DNA from: Podarcis muralis
Lineage: Eukaryota
Assembly: GCF_964188315.1 (NCBI RefSeq)
Contig: NC_135668.1
Location: 30,504,001-30,568,000, forward strand
Length of the DNA stretch: 64,000 nucleotides
Direction: 5' to 3'
Each line of letters starts with the position of its first letter. The first letter of the stretch is position 1. The notes beneath the pieces are model-generated. The model was not told the DNA's origin. It did no database searches and saw nothing but the letters and a program-made list of their open reading frames with translations. The position numbers and the translations under genes are program-made. Below are positions 35,746 to 48,480 of this stretch, in pieces.

Positions 35746-38645
35746 TAGCTGCAAGGCAGTGCAGGTTTAAGACAAGAGTTTACTTTCTCCTAGCTCGGCT
35801 ACCTTCCCAGGTTGACGAGCCCCATCTGCCCTAATTACACCACTGTCAGGTAAATTGCAATTATCGAGTCAAGACTTGCTCAGAATAGGCGCCAATTAAT
35901 CTAATATACACTGCACTATGCTTCAGTGTTTCATAACAATATACCTATACTTTTGAAGGTGTAGTAACACACCACTCTTCTTTAAATGTGGTTATTTTAT
36001 CTTCCGATTATCCTCAGCTGTATTGAGCATGACAATCAGCATCCCTGATGGAAGCAGAATGTGAAAGGCAGCCAGATTCTATGAAAAGGGAAGATAGATT
36101 ACAGCTGAACTGAAGTGCCCTAGCATGGCAGGGATGGTAGTATCCACCCGTTCATAGAAAGTACCTTGATCCAGTGATGGCTTCTGTCAATGGAAAGTGG
36201 GTGGTGTTTTCTGCTGGCTTTTCCTTCCCTGTCTAGCAGCCTGCTTCTCCTTTACCAAGCTTTTTCATCACAAGAGTTGTGAAGCATTAAGTATCAGATG
36301 AATCAGAGAATGGTAGAGTTGAAAGGAACCACAAAGGTCAACTGGTCCAACCCTCTGCAATGCAGGAAACCTTTTGCCCAACGTATGATTAGGAGTCTGA
36401 TGCTCCACTGACTGAGCTATCCAAGGAACTTTAAAGCTCTAGGTTAGGGCCAGTTAGGCGGCAATTCTAGCCCCATTTACCTGGGAGTAAGCCCTACTGA
36501 ATTCAGTAGGAATCACTTCCAAGTAGGAATGTTTAGGTTTGTACTATTATAGTCTACAGAATGAATGGGTGTTCTGTGCTTGCCTCCACCAGAAAAAATC
36601 CTGGTTTGTTTTTTCTTTTTCTTTTGGACGGCAGGTTTTTTACTATCCAGCATATTACTGGGTGGGGCTGGAACAAAGGGCAGAAATAGCAGAAGTGTGG
36701 AGCGTGGGCTGCTACGGAAGGCCCAGGGTTGCTACCAGCTGCCTGCCCGCCCACCAGTTCAACAGTCACCTCCCAACTTCATGCAAATCAGGCTCTTCCT
36801 GGAGTCAAGTTCTCTTCTGTGAATCAGCTGGGGGCTTTCCACATCTGCTGCACATTTTGCTCACCAACCCAGTGAAGGGGAGGAGTGGCACTTTGGGAAT
36901 TGAACACAATTCATGCCGAGCAGCAGGGCACCAAACTAATGCGCTGGGCAAGGGCCCTTTCTCATTCTAGGGTTTAGCCAGGGACAAGAGTAGGGTGCTG
37001 CTGCTGCTGGGCGCAGCTGGCTGGTGTGGGTTTAAGGTCCTCTGTGGCCCGATGGAGGATGGTGAGCTGGGGGCCAGCAGGCTTAGAGCTCCCTGGAGGA
37101 CTGCTGCCCCCTTGTGTCCAAGAGTCACTGCAAGGCCAACTGGGAGCTCTTTGAGGAGCGTTTTAAGATAAGGGAGTCAGCTAAGGAAGACAGACCCTGC
37201 CTCCATGTAGGTGTAGTATGGCAGGGACCTCAAATTACTCAGACCCCCAGCAATGGAGGAATGAATTTTTTATATTGTACAGTTCAAATCACGCCTCTTA
37301 ATCAGCAGGTAATTAAACTTTTGCTTCAATCTGCAGAGGGTCCAATCCGCACGCAGCCTATTGTGCCTATCAAATCCTGGCTGCACCCCGTGGCTCAGCA
37401 AGAGGCTGAGAGCTGGCAGGAATCTGCACTCATACATTTAAAAGGTTATGCAGATTTATGCAAATATACTTCAACATTCAGGTTCTGTACTTGAATGTTT
37501 CTAACCACTTCCTTTCTTGTGAAGCTTCCATTCGCCTGGATAGCTTCTCATCTTCTCAGAAGCCTTTCATTCGACAGGTACCTGTGAGACGCGGGTGAAC
37601 CATGATGCCAGAATGGTCCATCTGGGCTGCCCACAGCCACAGAGTCTTCTTTTCGCCAGCTGGGAGCAGCAGCCTCAGCCTCCATGGGGGGTCCATGACA
37701 GGTCCTTCCCCATGCAAGCTGCAATCATCTTTACTTCCTTTTGGAAATGCCATCCTGCCTATTATCACACCTTGAGTGGAATAAGTGCAATAAAGCTGGA
37801 TCATATGGATATAAAACTTTAATGCTAGAATAGTGTTGTCTCAGTCACTTGGCGATACTTCCTGGCATCCCCATCACCAAAAGCAGTCCCAGAGCGTCCC
37901 TTTATTCAGCCTGCTTCCCCTCCTCTTATCTGATCTCTGGCAGAGGGCACAGGAAGTCACACCACCATGCAGAGACCTTGTTGCTTGCTATGGATATATG
38001 AAGCAAGACCTCCTTAGTTGTACAGAAGCAGCAACAAAAGAAAGGCAGGCAGACTGTTCTCTGCAAAAACCAAGGCAGTGCCTGAGCAAAAGCTGGCCAC
38101 TTGCTGGATTCAGAGCCTGTCAGCAGGCAGAACCGAAACACTTGACAGGCAGTGTGGAATCCATTGCAGGTCACTGTCCAGTAACTTGAGCCCAAGAACA
38201 ACTGGTGCTCCAGCCCCCAGCCCAATCTGGGTCAAGAAAGCACCCATCCCCCTGAAGGTCCCATTCATGTCAGAAGTGCCAAACGCAGCCCCTTGAGTCC
38301 AGCAACTTGTCCTCAAGAGTTTCCACACAGATGCAGGTCTACACGCAGGAAGGCGCCTCTCCTTGCTGGCCTTTGGCTTAGTCCTCTGTTGGTAATAAGA
38401 GCCCTTCCCTACCTGGGCTTAAAGGGGATGGTGAACACCTTTTGTCCCTCCTTTAATTCCCTCTCCCATACATCCTCCTCCTCTGACTGCAGTCCCATAG
38501 CTCCTCCTCCCTGAACCCCCGAACCCTATATGCGGTTGCTGCTGCTTTCCTATTTACAGCATAGCGGATCTCTGGATTTAGGGAGAATTCCACCTGGAGG
38601 AGGTCACTGCCTGGTTCAGGCGAAATTAAGGAGGTACAAGGGGCC

Positions 38646-41600
38646 TCAGGGGTATGGAAGGCCTTTGTCCCTGGCCACATCTTCCCTAAAGCATCCATCG
38701 GAAGCCACCTGTTGCATGTCAAGGTCCGCCCCGCAGGGTGCACTTGCCCAGGCCAGGTCTCTTACCTCCTGAGCCCCCCAGCCAGGGTGAAAGAGGACCC
38801 TGCTCACCCCAGTGGCTGCTGCGGGGCTGTCCTGGACAATGCTGAGCAAGGGTTTGTAAGGGGACTGCCCATCTAGGCTGCAACCAGCGCTGCCACTCTT
38901 GCCCTGGGGGGCTGTGCCTTCCTGGAGAGCTGAGCTGAAGGAGCGGTAACCAGCCAGGAGGGAGGCTGCTGGGCAGGGGCCAGACTTCCCTGGGGCATGT
39001 TGGGAGGAGCTGCCTGGCCTCGCCTCTTGCTCTGCAGCTGCCATACAGGAGGAAAAGCAAAGTGAGTCTTCGGCTTCTGGGAAGACACCCTGGAAAGCAG
39101 GGTGCAGGCTGCCAGTCACAGGTGCAAAGCAAGGCCCTGAGTCATGGCTGAATGGCTGGATTTGGTCCCTGAAAGGAGAAAACTCCTCCTGCTCCTCCTC
39201 ACAGACCTGGCTGAAGCCGGCCATAGGCTCCGCCACCAGGCTGCTGAAACACTTGTAGCCCGAGGGCTGGGGGGCGGCTGTGCTGCCACCCCCCCCTTGC
39301 AGACAGAGTCTGTCCGTGGTGATGGGTTGTGCCTCTGGGGAGAAGAGGCTGTGGCTGAGGGGCAGTTCCAGGGCAGCACTGCCTGGCTGGGACGAAGCCA
39401 CTGTCTCTGTGCTGGTGTTGTGATAGACAGGTTTGGAAGAGGTCTCCAAAACACCACGGTGCTTGTCCAGCGGTGCGTCTTGAGAAAAGGAAAAAGCACT
39501 GTGCATGTGCCCCAGAGCCTGGTCCTTGAGAAGTGGGTGCTCGTCCAGGATACCGGTGCCCCCACTGCTCAGGTCCCCACTGAGAAGGTCCCTGAAGAGC
39601 TTGGCCACGGCGTCTTCATGAGGGACCTGGCAGCCTTCCTCTTTCTGAGTTTCTGGCTTGGCAGATGCAACGCAGTTGTGAATATGCACAGGGTGTTCAA
39701 GGCCCATGTTTCCGAATGGCACCACCGCTGCTGTCACGCCAGCAGCCACTTTGCTCTTGGCGGGGTTCGGAATCTGGTCCCACCATCCCTTCTTCACCCT
39801 GCAAAGCAAGAAAGCGCCACCCGTTAGTCCTTCCCGGCCCTCAGAAAGGGAGAGACAGGGCTCTGCAAGGGCTGCCTCCCCTCCGAACATCAGGAACCAA
39901 TCTTCCCCCTTCCGAGATGACTAGCAGCCAAATGCATGGTTAAAAACACCACGTGAGAGAGCTGAGGAAGACTGTTTGGCTGGAAGGAGGATGAGGAGAA
40001 GACTCAGAAGGGACAGGGGCCACTTTCCTCTTCCTTTCCTGTCAGGGTTGCAGGAAAATGCCTCTGCCAACAAGGCCTGCAACCTTCAAGCAGAAGTGAC
40101 CATTTTTTAATTTGTTTTGCTGTGGGCAAAGGGCAGCCCTGGAGACAACACCTTGCAAGGCACCCAAGACCTACCTGGTGACGCAGAAGAAGCTGAAGGT
40201 AGCCAGGGCCATGATGAACACACACAGCAAAGGGATGAAAATCCAGAGGATAGAGCCAGGCCTTGGCTCAATGTCTGGAAGGCAAGAAGCATTTTGGTTA
40301 TCTGGGCATACAATTCACCCTGATACCTGTGGGAGGTAGGCTGGCTGGCAGGCTGGCAGACAGGCACCCACCCACCTGGAAAGGGGGCAAAAGATCAGGC
40401 TCAACGACCAGAAGCCTCAGTTGACAAAGGAGCCCAACTCACACAGCTGGAAAGAATTTCAGGTGATTTGCAGTATTAGGGTTTTTATTTGCCGATTGCC
40501 TTGTAGGGATGTGGTGAGGTTTATTTGTTGGTTTTAGCTTGTCTCTTGTTAGGGGAATTGCAGCCTTCCAAGTCCTTCTTTTGGAAAAGGAGTTTCCCAA
40601 ATTGGGATGTGGGGATGGGCACCGACAGGCACATTTAACGCCTCATGTGTCTGGTTTCTCCTACACATGCTAATCTAACCTTTAACCCCCTCCTGCAGTT
40701 TCAAGCTGGTTTCCCTTCAGCCAGACTTACCTTGGGCTGGGGAAAGAGGTCCTTGGGTCACCCAGCACCACCAAGGTAAGGGGCAGACAAGATTTGTACT
40801 GCTTATTATTCATGTAGCACCATCACCGCACACAGAGCAAGAGAAGCAAGAAGGTAGGTCTCTGTCCCAGGTAGTCTATCATCTCACCTTTGACCAAGGA
40901 AAAGACAACAGGCAAGGAGAAGAAAAGAGAGGAGAGCAGAGGAGGTGGAGGAAGCACAAATACAGCTACAGGCAGTATACCGTGAAGTTATATGCAGAGA
41001 AAAACCAGCAGATAATGAGCTTGATGCAGGAAGAGGGAGCACTGGTGGTAGCGGGGCCTAATGTGCTGTGGCACCACACTGAACCTGCTAACTTCACCCA
41101 GTGGTCTGCAGCAGAGCTGCTTTTAGCAAGCCTACCCAGGGCAAGCAATCAAAGTCACTGTGGAATCTAGAAGGTCTTTCCAGTTATTTGTCTCTAGCCT
41201 GGCAAACTGCGACTGCCCCCTGCCTCTCCGCCTGTGTTGTGCACTGATCGCTTAGTGCACTTTCATGCAGAACATTGTGCCACCTTCTTCTACTAAAACA
41301 AGTCTTCCAAATGACTAGTATCATGTGCCTTAGTCTTCAGAAAGAGGTACTGTCTACAGAAGAACATTGTGATGAAATAAGTGAGAGGCCTGCAGTTTAA
41401 TTCGATGTCCAGCTTGACTGGAAATGCAAGACCTCAGCAATGCGGGAGAAATGCTGTCACTCACTCAAAGGGGCTGGATGGCGCACAAACGGTCCTGCGG
41501 GTGGGGTGGGAGTATTTCACAAATCGAGGAGGTTTACAGAATCCAGAAAAGAGAGAGCCCACAATGTGGAGCCCAGAACACGCAGGGGTGCCAACTGAGA

Positions 41601-44600
41601 TGCCAACAGATTGTTAATAATAAACAGGTGCCTTGCGCAGCCCCTGCCCTAAGCACTTACCGTTTTTCCATGTGTACTCAGCGCTCCAGTCACTCCAGAT
41701 GCCCCTGAACAATATAATTCTCTGCCGCACTTTTGCAACATAGGTGGTTCCTGGCATGAGGTTATCGTTGAAGATTTTATAATGAAAGCCGTGCGTAGTG
41801 TGTTCGTGTAACTTTGGGGGGGGGGGGAACAGAAGCAAACAGGTTTACATTATGTGGTCCTTCCCACGCCACAGGAAAACACTGGGAGGGGGTTCTTCTG
41901 GTGAGTGGAATTCTTCTCTTTCCCAACTTTCTATGGAGGAAGATCATTTTGGGATGTGGTAGAAAAGCTTTTGGACTCTTATGTGACAATGGACAAGGCA
42001 ATTAATTTCAGAGACCTGTTTCAAGACAAGCTGCAATGGAAGCTTTGTAGATGAAGTCAAGGGGCTTGAGACCAAATGACAGAAGGCTCCCGGGTGGAAG
42101 GATCTCCTTCCCTCCCTGCTGAGTCTGGCCATTTCCCACCTAAGGGGCGGCGTGGGGAGGGGGGGCAGCCACAGCCAGGGACCCAGGGCTGGGCTCATTC
42201 CTCCATCCAGGCAAGCAAGCAAGAGATACAATTCAGCCCAGCCAAAGCACTAGGAGTGTGTGGAACAGGACTGAGATGGGGGAGGCCTGGCCTGGACAGA
42301 GCCCCAGGGGCCAGGTGAAAGAGGCCTGGAGGGCTGCATCTGCCTCCCTTCCCTTAGGTTCTTGGGGGCTGGTGGCCCTGATCTCAAGCCAGCCCACTGC
42401 TCTTGTGTGCCCCCCTGGTGAGGGGCATATAATCATTTGCCAAATATATCTAAAGGCTTTTGGGCCTGCAGTTTGCTGGATCTACAGAGCTGCCCAAGGA
42501 AAGTGTTAAGGAAGGGCAGGAATATGCCATGTCAACTGGCATGAGGCAGAGTGGGGGGGCAGGGCCATTCTGAGGCTTTCAGGGGTCCCAACACCTCAAC
42601 CTCTGCTCAGGACATAGAAGGTCCCCTCCATGGTGTATGTGATTGTTTTAGTATTTTTAATTTTAGACTTAATGGCATTTTTAAACATGGATGAGCCTGC
42701 CACCTTGGGTTCCCTTTAGGATGAAGGTTTGGATATAAATGTAATTAATTAACAACAATAAATTTGCGGCACTATTCCAGGTGATCGTACAGGGAGGAGC
42801 ATGCTGAGAAGGTGTGCCTACCTTGTCCGTCTGGTTTATAGGCCAATAGGCAACTTCATATTCTGTTTCCGGATTTTCGTGAAGAACGTTCCCTTCTTCG
42901 TAGTCATCTGCCCAGGTGAAGATGTACGAGTCATCCCTCCTGTTAACAGCCAGGTTGACAAGCGGTCGGGGTTTTACTGCATTTGGGAAGAAATCGACAA
43001 AGAGAAAGATGTGGGGGGGCAAAAGAGGTTGGGGAGTGCGCCTGCTCCCCACACAGAGCAGCCAACGTGGGCCTCTGGTTTGGAAGGAGGGGAAGGTCAA
43101 AGCAGCAGGTCCTTCTCCCTGGAAGGACAGACACACACGTCCACCCCCTTGTCTTAATTCCTTCTCGCTGCTGCTTCACACCATACCGTCTCATGGCAAT
43201 GTCGTGTCCACATTAACAGGATGTTTTCCGTGTTAGAAACTCAGATATATAAGCTAGGTACCAAAAGGCTCCTTAAACCAGGGTTACACTCACGAAAACA
43301 GAATGTCTAGTTGGCATTTTGGGGCCAAGCAGCTTGGTCCCCAAAATTTGTTCTGATCGTGCAGATAAAATATCACAGATACAGTTCTAAAGGGTGTGCT
43401 GTCAGTGTGTAAAACAGAGAAGATCCAAGGCAAAATGCACCTGGTGCCTGGCAAATTTCAAATGCTCAATGTGTTGTTCTTATGTTACCGTGTAGGAAAG
43501 CACCCTGTGGCTTTGATGTGGCTATAGAGAAACAGGCGGCCAGCAGGTGTGGGCAAGTAGCAGGCTGTGTCCATTCCAGGTGACCCCCAGCATGCATACA
43601 GAGGCAAACCCCTCAATCCATTGGGGTTTTCCACAGTTGCCACATATTGCCCTGCTTTCTTGAATTCTGAGGCCTCTCCTAAGCTCTTCAACCAGTTCCC
43701 AGGAGTAGCTTTTGCTCTTCTAGGCAGCCATTTTTTCTCTCTCCATCAACCTCTTCCAAACTGGAGTATCCCCCTCCAGGCACCTGAAGAATAAACCTGC
43801 CACCATTCAAGGTGGTTGCTTTGCCTAACGGACTAAGATGGATGCAGGAGGGGCTAAGGAAGGTCTCTGAGCATTGATTGGTGCTAATCATGAAGACAAA
43901 CCCTCCCTTCCCACCCCGCTCGTATGCTGATCCTCTTGTCTTGTTCTTCAGAGCAGCCCCCAGGAATGCGCAAGGAGGGTCTGCCAGACCAAAGGATCCC
44001 TTACCAATGTCATCAGGGTCCACACTCGTCATCTTCCAGATCTCCTTCTTGTTGGCCTCCAGTGAGAAATTATACTTGTAGTTATGCAGTACTTCAGACT
44101 GAATGGTGCAAGTACACTTGGGGGTCACATCCAGTCCTCTCTTGTTCTTAGGAGAACACTCCCATGATTTCCTGCAACAATGGCAAGACTTAAAAGATGT
44201 TTTCAAAGTAGACAACACTTGGATTATTTCTACCAGAGCCTCGATTTGGGAAAGCTCAGCCCAAGTGAGAGAGGGGCTTTGCAATGCTTCCAGCTGCACC
44301 AGGCTGTGGATTCCCCTGACCCCACCCCAGGAAAGGTTGCAAGCGTGCAAGAGGGGACAAATCTATGCACCTTGAAAGCTCTCCAGCAACAAATGATCCA
44401 GTGAAAAGTATAATGAGAAACCTTTTGGATCCAGCATTTCTTATTCTCGGTTTGGAAAACTCAAAGTGACTTCAACTCAGCTCCCAGAGACATTTTGTAA
44501 AGAACCCGCATCCATTTTCGGGAAAAGGTTTGGGCTGGCTACTCCTCCCAGGGTGTCTCAAAGAAGGCGAAGCCACCACAGATGCATTCTGCAGCCCTGA

Positions 44601-47600
44601 TATCAGTAGCCACCAGGGCTGGCAGTCCAGGCCCTCAGACTACATTCCCCAGGATGGCAAGGGCTTTATATTTACCTGCCATATGTTAAGGGCCTCCTTC
44701 TCTGTAAGAGAAGCACTGTGGCACAAGTAATGCTGAGCGAGGCCCAACAATGTTAATGTCACTTATTTTAATTTCTCTCACTTTTTATATTATTATTACC
44801 CTACCCTGGTAAGCTTTCAGGAGGGTACCACCAGCCCCGAAAACACCCGACAGAGGAAAGAGATCTGGGGGCAGTTCACATGTTTCACAGCATGACCTAC
44901 CCTGGGCCATAAACTGTACTAGTCGTTGCAACACGCAGGAGGAACTCCTTGGGGCAGTCGGTGGAAGCATCCACTTCNNNNNNNNNNNNNNNNNNNNNNN
45001 NNNNNNNNNNNNNNNNNNNNNNNNNNNNNNNNNNNNNNNNNNNNNNNNNNNNNNNNNNNNNNNNNNNNNNNNNNNNNNNNNNNNNNNNNNNNNNNNNNNN
45101 NNNNNNNNNNNNNNNNNNNNNNNNNNNNNNNNNNNNNNNNNNNNNNNNNNNNNNNNNNNNNNNNNNNNNNNNNNNNNGGAAGTGTTTCCGTGTCTGTTCT
45201 GAATCTTCCAACATTAAGCATCACTAGGTGTCCTTGACTTTTAGCATTATGAGAGAGAAAATAAAACTTCCCTATCTCATCTCCTTATCTGCTGCTGCTT
45301 ACCTGTCTAAAATTTCTAGCAGGCTTGTTCTACTTTTCCGCCACCCAAGCCACTCCTCTGCTTCTCACAGTGGAATCCTGGGCATGTCTACACAGAAACA
45401 ATTTCCACTGAGTTCTGTAGCAACTTGAAGACTGAAAGGTCTATCATTCCAAAGCTTAGGGCCTTAGGCCAACAAGAAACTATTTCTTCTTCTTCCTGCA
45501 ACAGACTAAGTGGCTCCCCCTGCTGGAACTTGCTGCGAAATGCTCAGCCAGGATTGCAGCTTGCGAGATGGCATCTTTGCCACGGTCTGCTTCCTTGCAC
45601 CGCTTCTCCTGTTTCTGGCGTTCCTACAGCAACATGCCCCATTGACCTCCCTGCAACATGGCCCCATTGACCTCTCTGCTCCAGGCTGAGCCAGGACATC
45701 TCCAGCTCAGCTTGCGCAACCCTCCGGATGTTTATTTTCCTATCAAACACGCACAAGGCAGCTTCGCCTCTAGTTTCGGTTCCTCAAAAACAGCAGAGGG
45801 AGCAAACTTCCCTTTTCATCTTCAGCAGAAAAGCCATGAAGAAATGAAACAGACTAGATGCTCCCCAGGAGGTGAGGGGAGATGGGTGGCATCTGTCCCC
45901 CAAGGGAGAGGGAGCCCCTTCTTGCCAACCCAGCCACATTCCTACACTGACTCGGGAAACTCTCTCTCTCATTCCCCGTCCCGTGAAATCTCAGGGCAGA
46001 CCTAGTCGACTCCCTCAACATGGAAGCAGCCATGAGGAAGGAGCACTCTGCCTCCTGTCCTCATAGTGGCCAACCAGGTGCCCCAAAGGGAAGATGCTCA
46101 CAAACAGGAGCAACTCCCCCCACTGCTGTTTCCAGTAAGTGGCATTATTCAGAGGCATTTACTGCCTCTGATACTGGAGGGAAAACCATCATTGTGGCTA
46201 GTAGCCATTGGGAGACCTCTCCTCCACCTCTACTGTGGATTTGTCTCATCCTGTCTAAGTTGCCCAAGTGAGAAGCCATCACTGTCTCTTGTGGAAGTGA
46301 GTCCCATAATGTTTTAAATGTGTGGGGAAGACTTTATTTTTGTCTTCCAACATCCTTGGACGTTCACCTGTTAAGGAGGGAGGGGGAGAAAAACATCTGC
46401 CCAATATACCGTAAAAATTAAACTGTTGCACTACTAAAGAGAAGTAGGAAGGCTCTCCTGATGCAAACAGGGGGAAGACAGAGGGGAAACCCACAGACTC
46501 AAGAAAAACAATAGAACCACAGAATTGTAGGGTTGCCAGTGACCCCACCTAGCCCACCTGCCTGCAGTGCAACAACTGGGCTCCATGGCCTGGCTGGCAG
46601 ACTGCTCCACCTCTACCTGCACCCCACTGGGAAAGCCTTCGCTCAGGGACAGAGCACCTGCTATGCATGCAGAAGGTCAAGGTTCAATCCCAAATGGCAG
46701 CATTTCCAGGGAAGGCTGGAGAAACCTTGCCTGAAACCCTGGAAAGCAAGTGCTTATAGTCCGTGTAGATCATGGGTAGGCAAATTAAGGCCTTCTAAAT
46801 CCAGCCCGCAGACGGTCCAGGAATCAGCATGTTTTTACATGAGTAGAATGTGTCCTTTTATTTAAAATGGATCTCTGGGTTATTTGTGGGCCGTAGGAAT
46901 TTGTTTCCTCCCCAAAAAAGTATAGTCTGGCCCCCCACAAGGTCTGAGGGACAGTGGACTGGCCCCCTGCTGAAAAAGTTTGCTCGACCTCTGGTGTAGA
47001 AAATATGGGCCAACCACCGAGGCCCCCCCCCCCCCCGGGCTGGACACTTACTGATGATGGCAGGAGGAACCTAGCCTGTTTATGGAGACAGGAGGATAAA
47101 TGGGGTGTGTGTGGTGGGTGCCTGGCTTATTGTAGAGATTCAAAACTCTGCAACGACCGTCTTAAGGGTATGGTAGTAAAACCCACGGCAACCCCAGACC
47201 CAGCAAAACTTCTTAAACACCTCCTCACTAACCAACAATACCAGGAATTAAAGCCAGAAATCCTCCTGGCACAGGAGCCAAATCCTAGGGGTCTCCCTTT
47301 CCCACCAGTTGATGGGCGTTGCCTTTCAAATAGTGTGGGTGCACAGCATCATGTGATCGATTATGGGGCGGGGCTTAAACCCCCTTCCCCCCCGCCCCAT
47401 TATATTGTATTCCACTTGGCACGCCTGCTTCGTGGAAACCTGACCCAAGCAAGCAACCCGCCCAAGCCTTGAAAAGCTTCCAGGCGGCTGAACCTCGGCA
47501 GGAGGGTCCCCGCCGCCCCTCGGGGAGTCTCTGGGTGCGCAACTGCTACGGCCGGGGGAGCCTCGCTCTCCGCTCGGCTGGCCGCGCCCGGACTCTCCCT

Positions 47601-47735
47601 ATTGCTGCCGAGGGAAGCGGCTTTCCTCCGCGGAGACTTACTGTGCCAAAGCGAGCAGGCGAGGAAGACGAAGAGGAAGAGGAGGAGGCCGGGCTTACTC
47701 CGGGGACCCCCGAAACCCGTCCCGCCGTCGGCCAT
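38646..47735 (-). CDS. IL4R: Interleukin-4 receptor alpha (complete membrane form), about 654 aa
   Basis: Exons: 47642-47735 (signal MADGG..LLLFLFVFLACSLWH), 44901-into the N gap (..EVDASTDCPKEFLLRV..), 44005-44171 (ECSPKN..KCTCTI), 42822-42976 (VKPRPLVNL..FTW), 41661-41811 (GIWSDWS), 40175-40274 (TM), 38646-39798 (RVKKGWWDQIPNPAKS; LFRDLL; GYKCF, GYRSF, PYKPL). The Box1 WWDQIPNP and GYxxF STAT6-type motifs, plus the head-to-head position with NSMCE1, identify IL4R. Confidence 0.93.
44978..45177. other. Assembly gap (200 N) cutting the IL4R D1a exon
   Basis: Run of N. The collinear interval in the paralogue is about 1 kb, so the true gap is probably longer than 200 nt. Confidence 0.98.
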
Positions 47736-48480
47736 CCGGAGAGTCGGGAACGAAGGGCGCCGGGCCCTGCCGGGAAGAGGCAACAACGTCGAGCGGCCCG
47801 CTTCCCTCCTTCTGCCAGTGCCAGCCCGGCCGCCAGGCGCGGAGCCAGGCGAAGCGGAGCTCAGGAGACGCCCGCCCGCCCCCGCTTGGCTTGACCTGGC
47901 TGCCCGTAGTGCCGGAGCCCCTCCCGCTGCTGCCTGCTTGGGTGACGGGCTGCTCCACTCGGTGGGTGGGGAGGTAGGCCGGGCGTCCCGGGGCGGCTCT
48001 CTGAGCAAATTCGGCCAGCGCCCGCCTCGTCCCGCCTCCCCCGGGGTTCCGGCCAGCGCTCGTGCGCAAAGCGAAAGGGAATCCCGGAGGGGAGAGGGCC
48101 CGGGGAGGGGGGGGGCGGAGACCCGACGGCGACCGGGAGCCCTTCGCGACTCGCCGACTCCAGCCCCCTTGGGCCACGCGCCCTCCGCTGCTACGGCTGC
48201 TGTCCGGGAAGCGCTGGGTTACGCCCCGGCCCTCCTCCTGGGGCGCGGATTTGCATGCCGAGCCCGGCCCCTTCCCGCCTTTGCGGGGAATTCCCAGCCA
48301 GCCTGGAAGCCCTCCCTGGCGGGGCTCGCACCAAACTCGGCTACAAAAGACTGCGATCGGTGTCTCCTGAGCATGTGCAGAGTGCTCGCGGCGCGGGACG
48401 ACCACGCCAGCCCCGTGGTATGTGCGCGCAGCCAAGTCAGTCCGGGCTCTGGAGTCGTGGCGCTGCAACCCTTTTGGTCT
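47450..48480 (-). promoter_or_regulatory. IL4R CpG-island promoter
   Basis: CpG-dense region covering the signal exon (acceptor at 47766) and upstream. Octamer ATTTGCAT at 48249-48256, palindromic NF-kB site GGGAATTCCC at 48286-48295, GAS TTCGTGGAA at 47429-47437. Confidence 0.75.
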
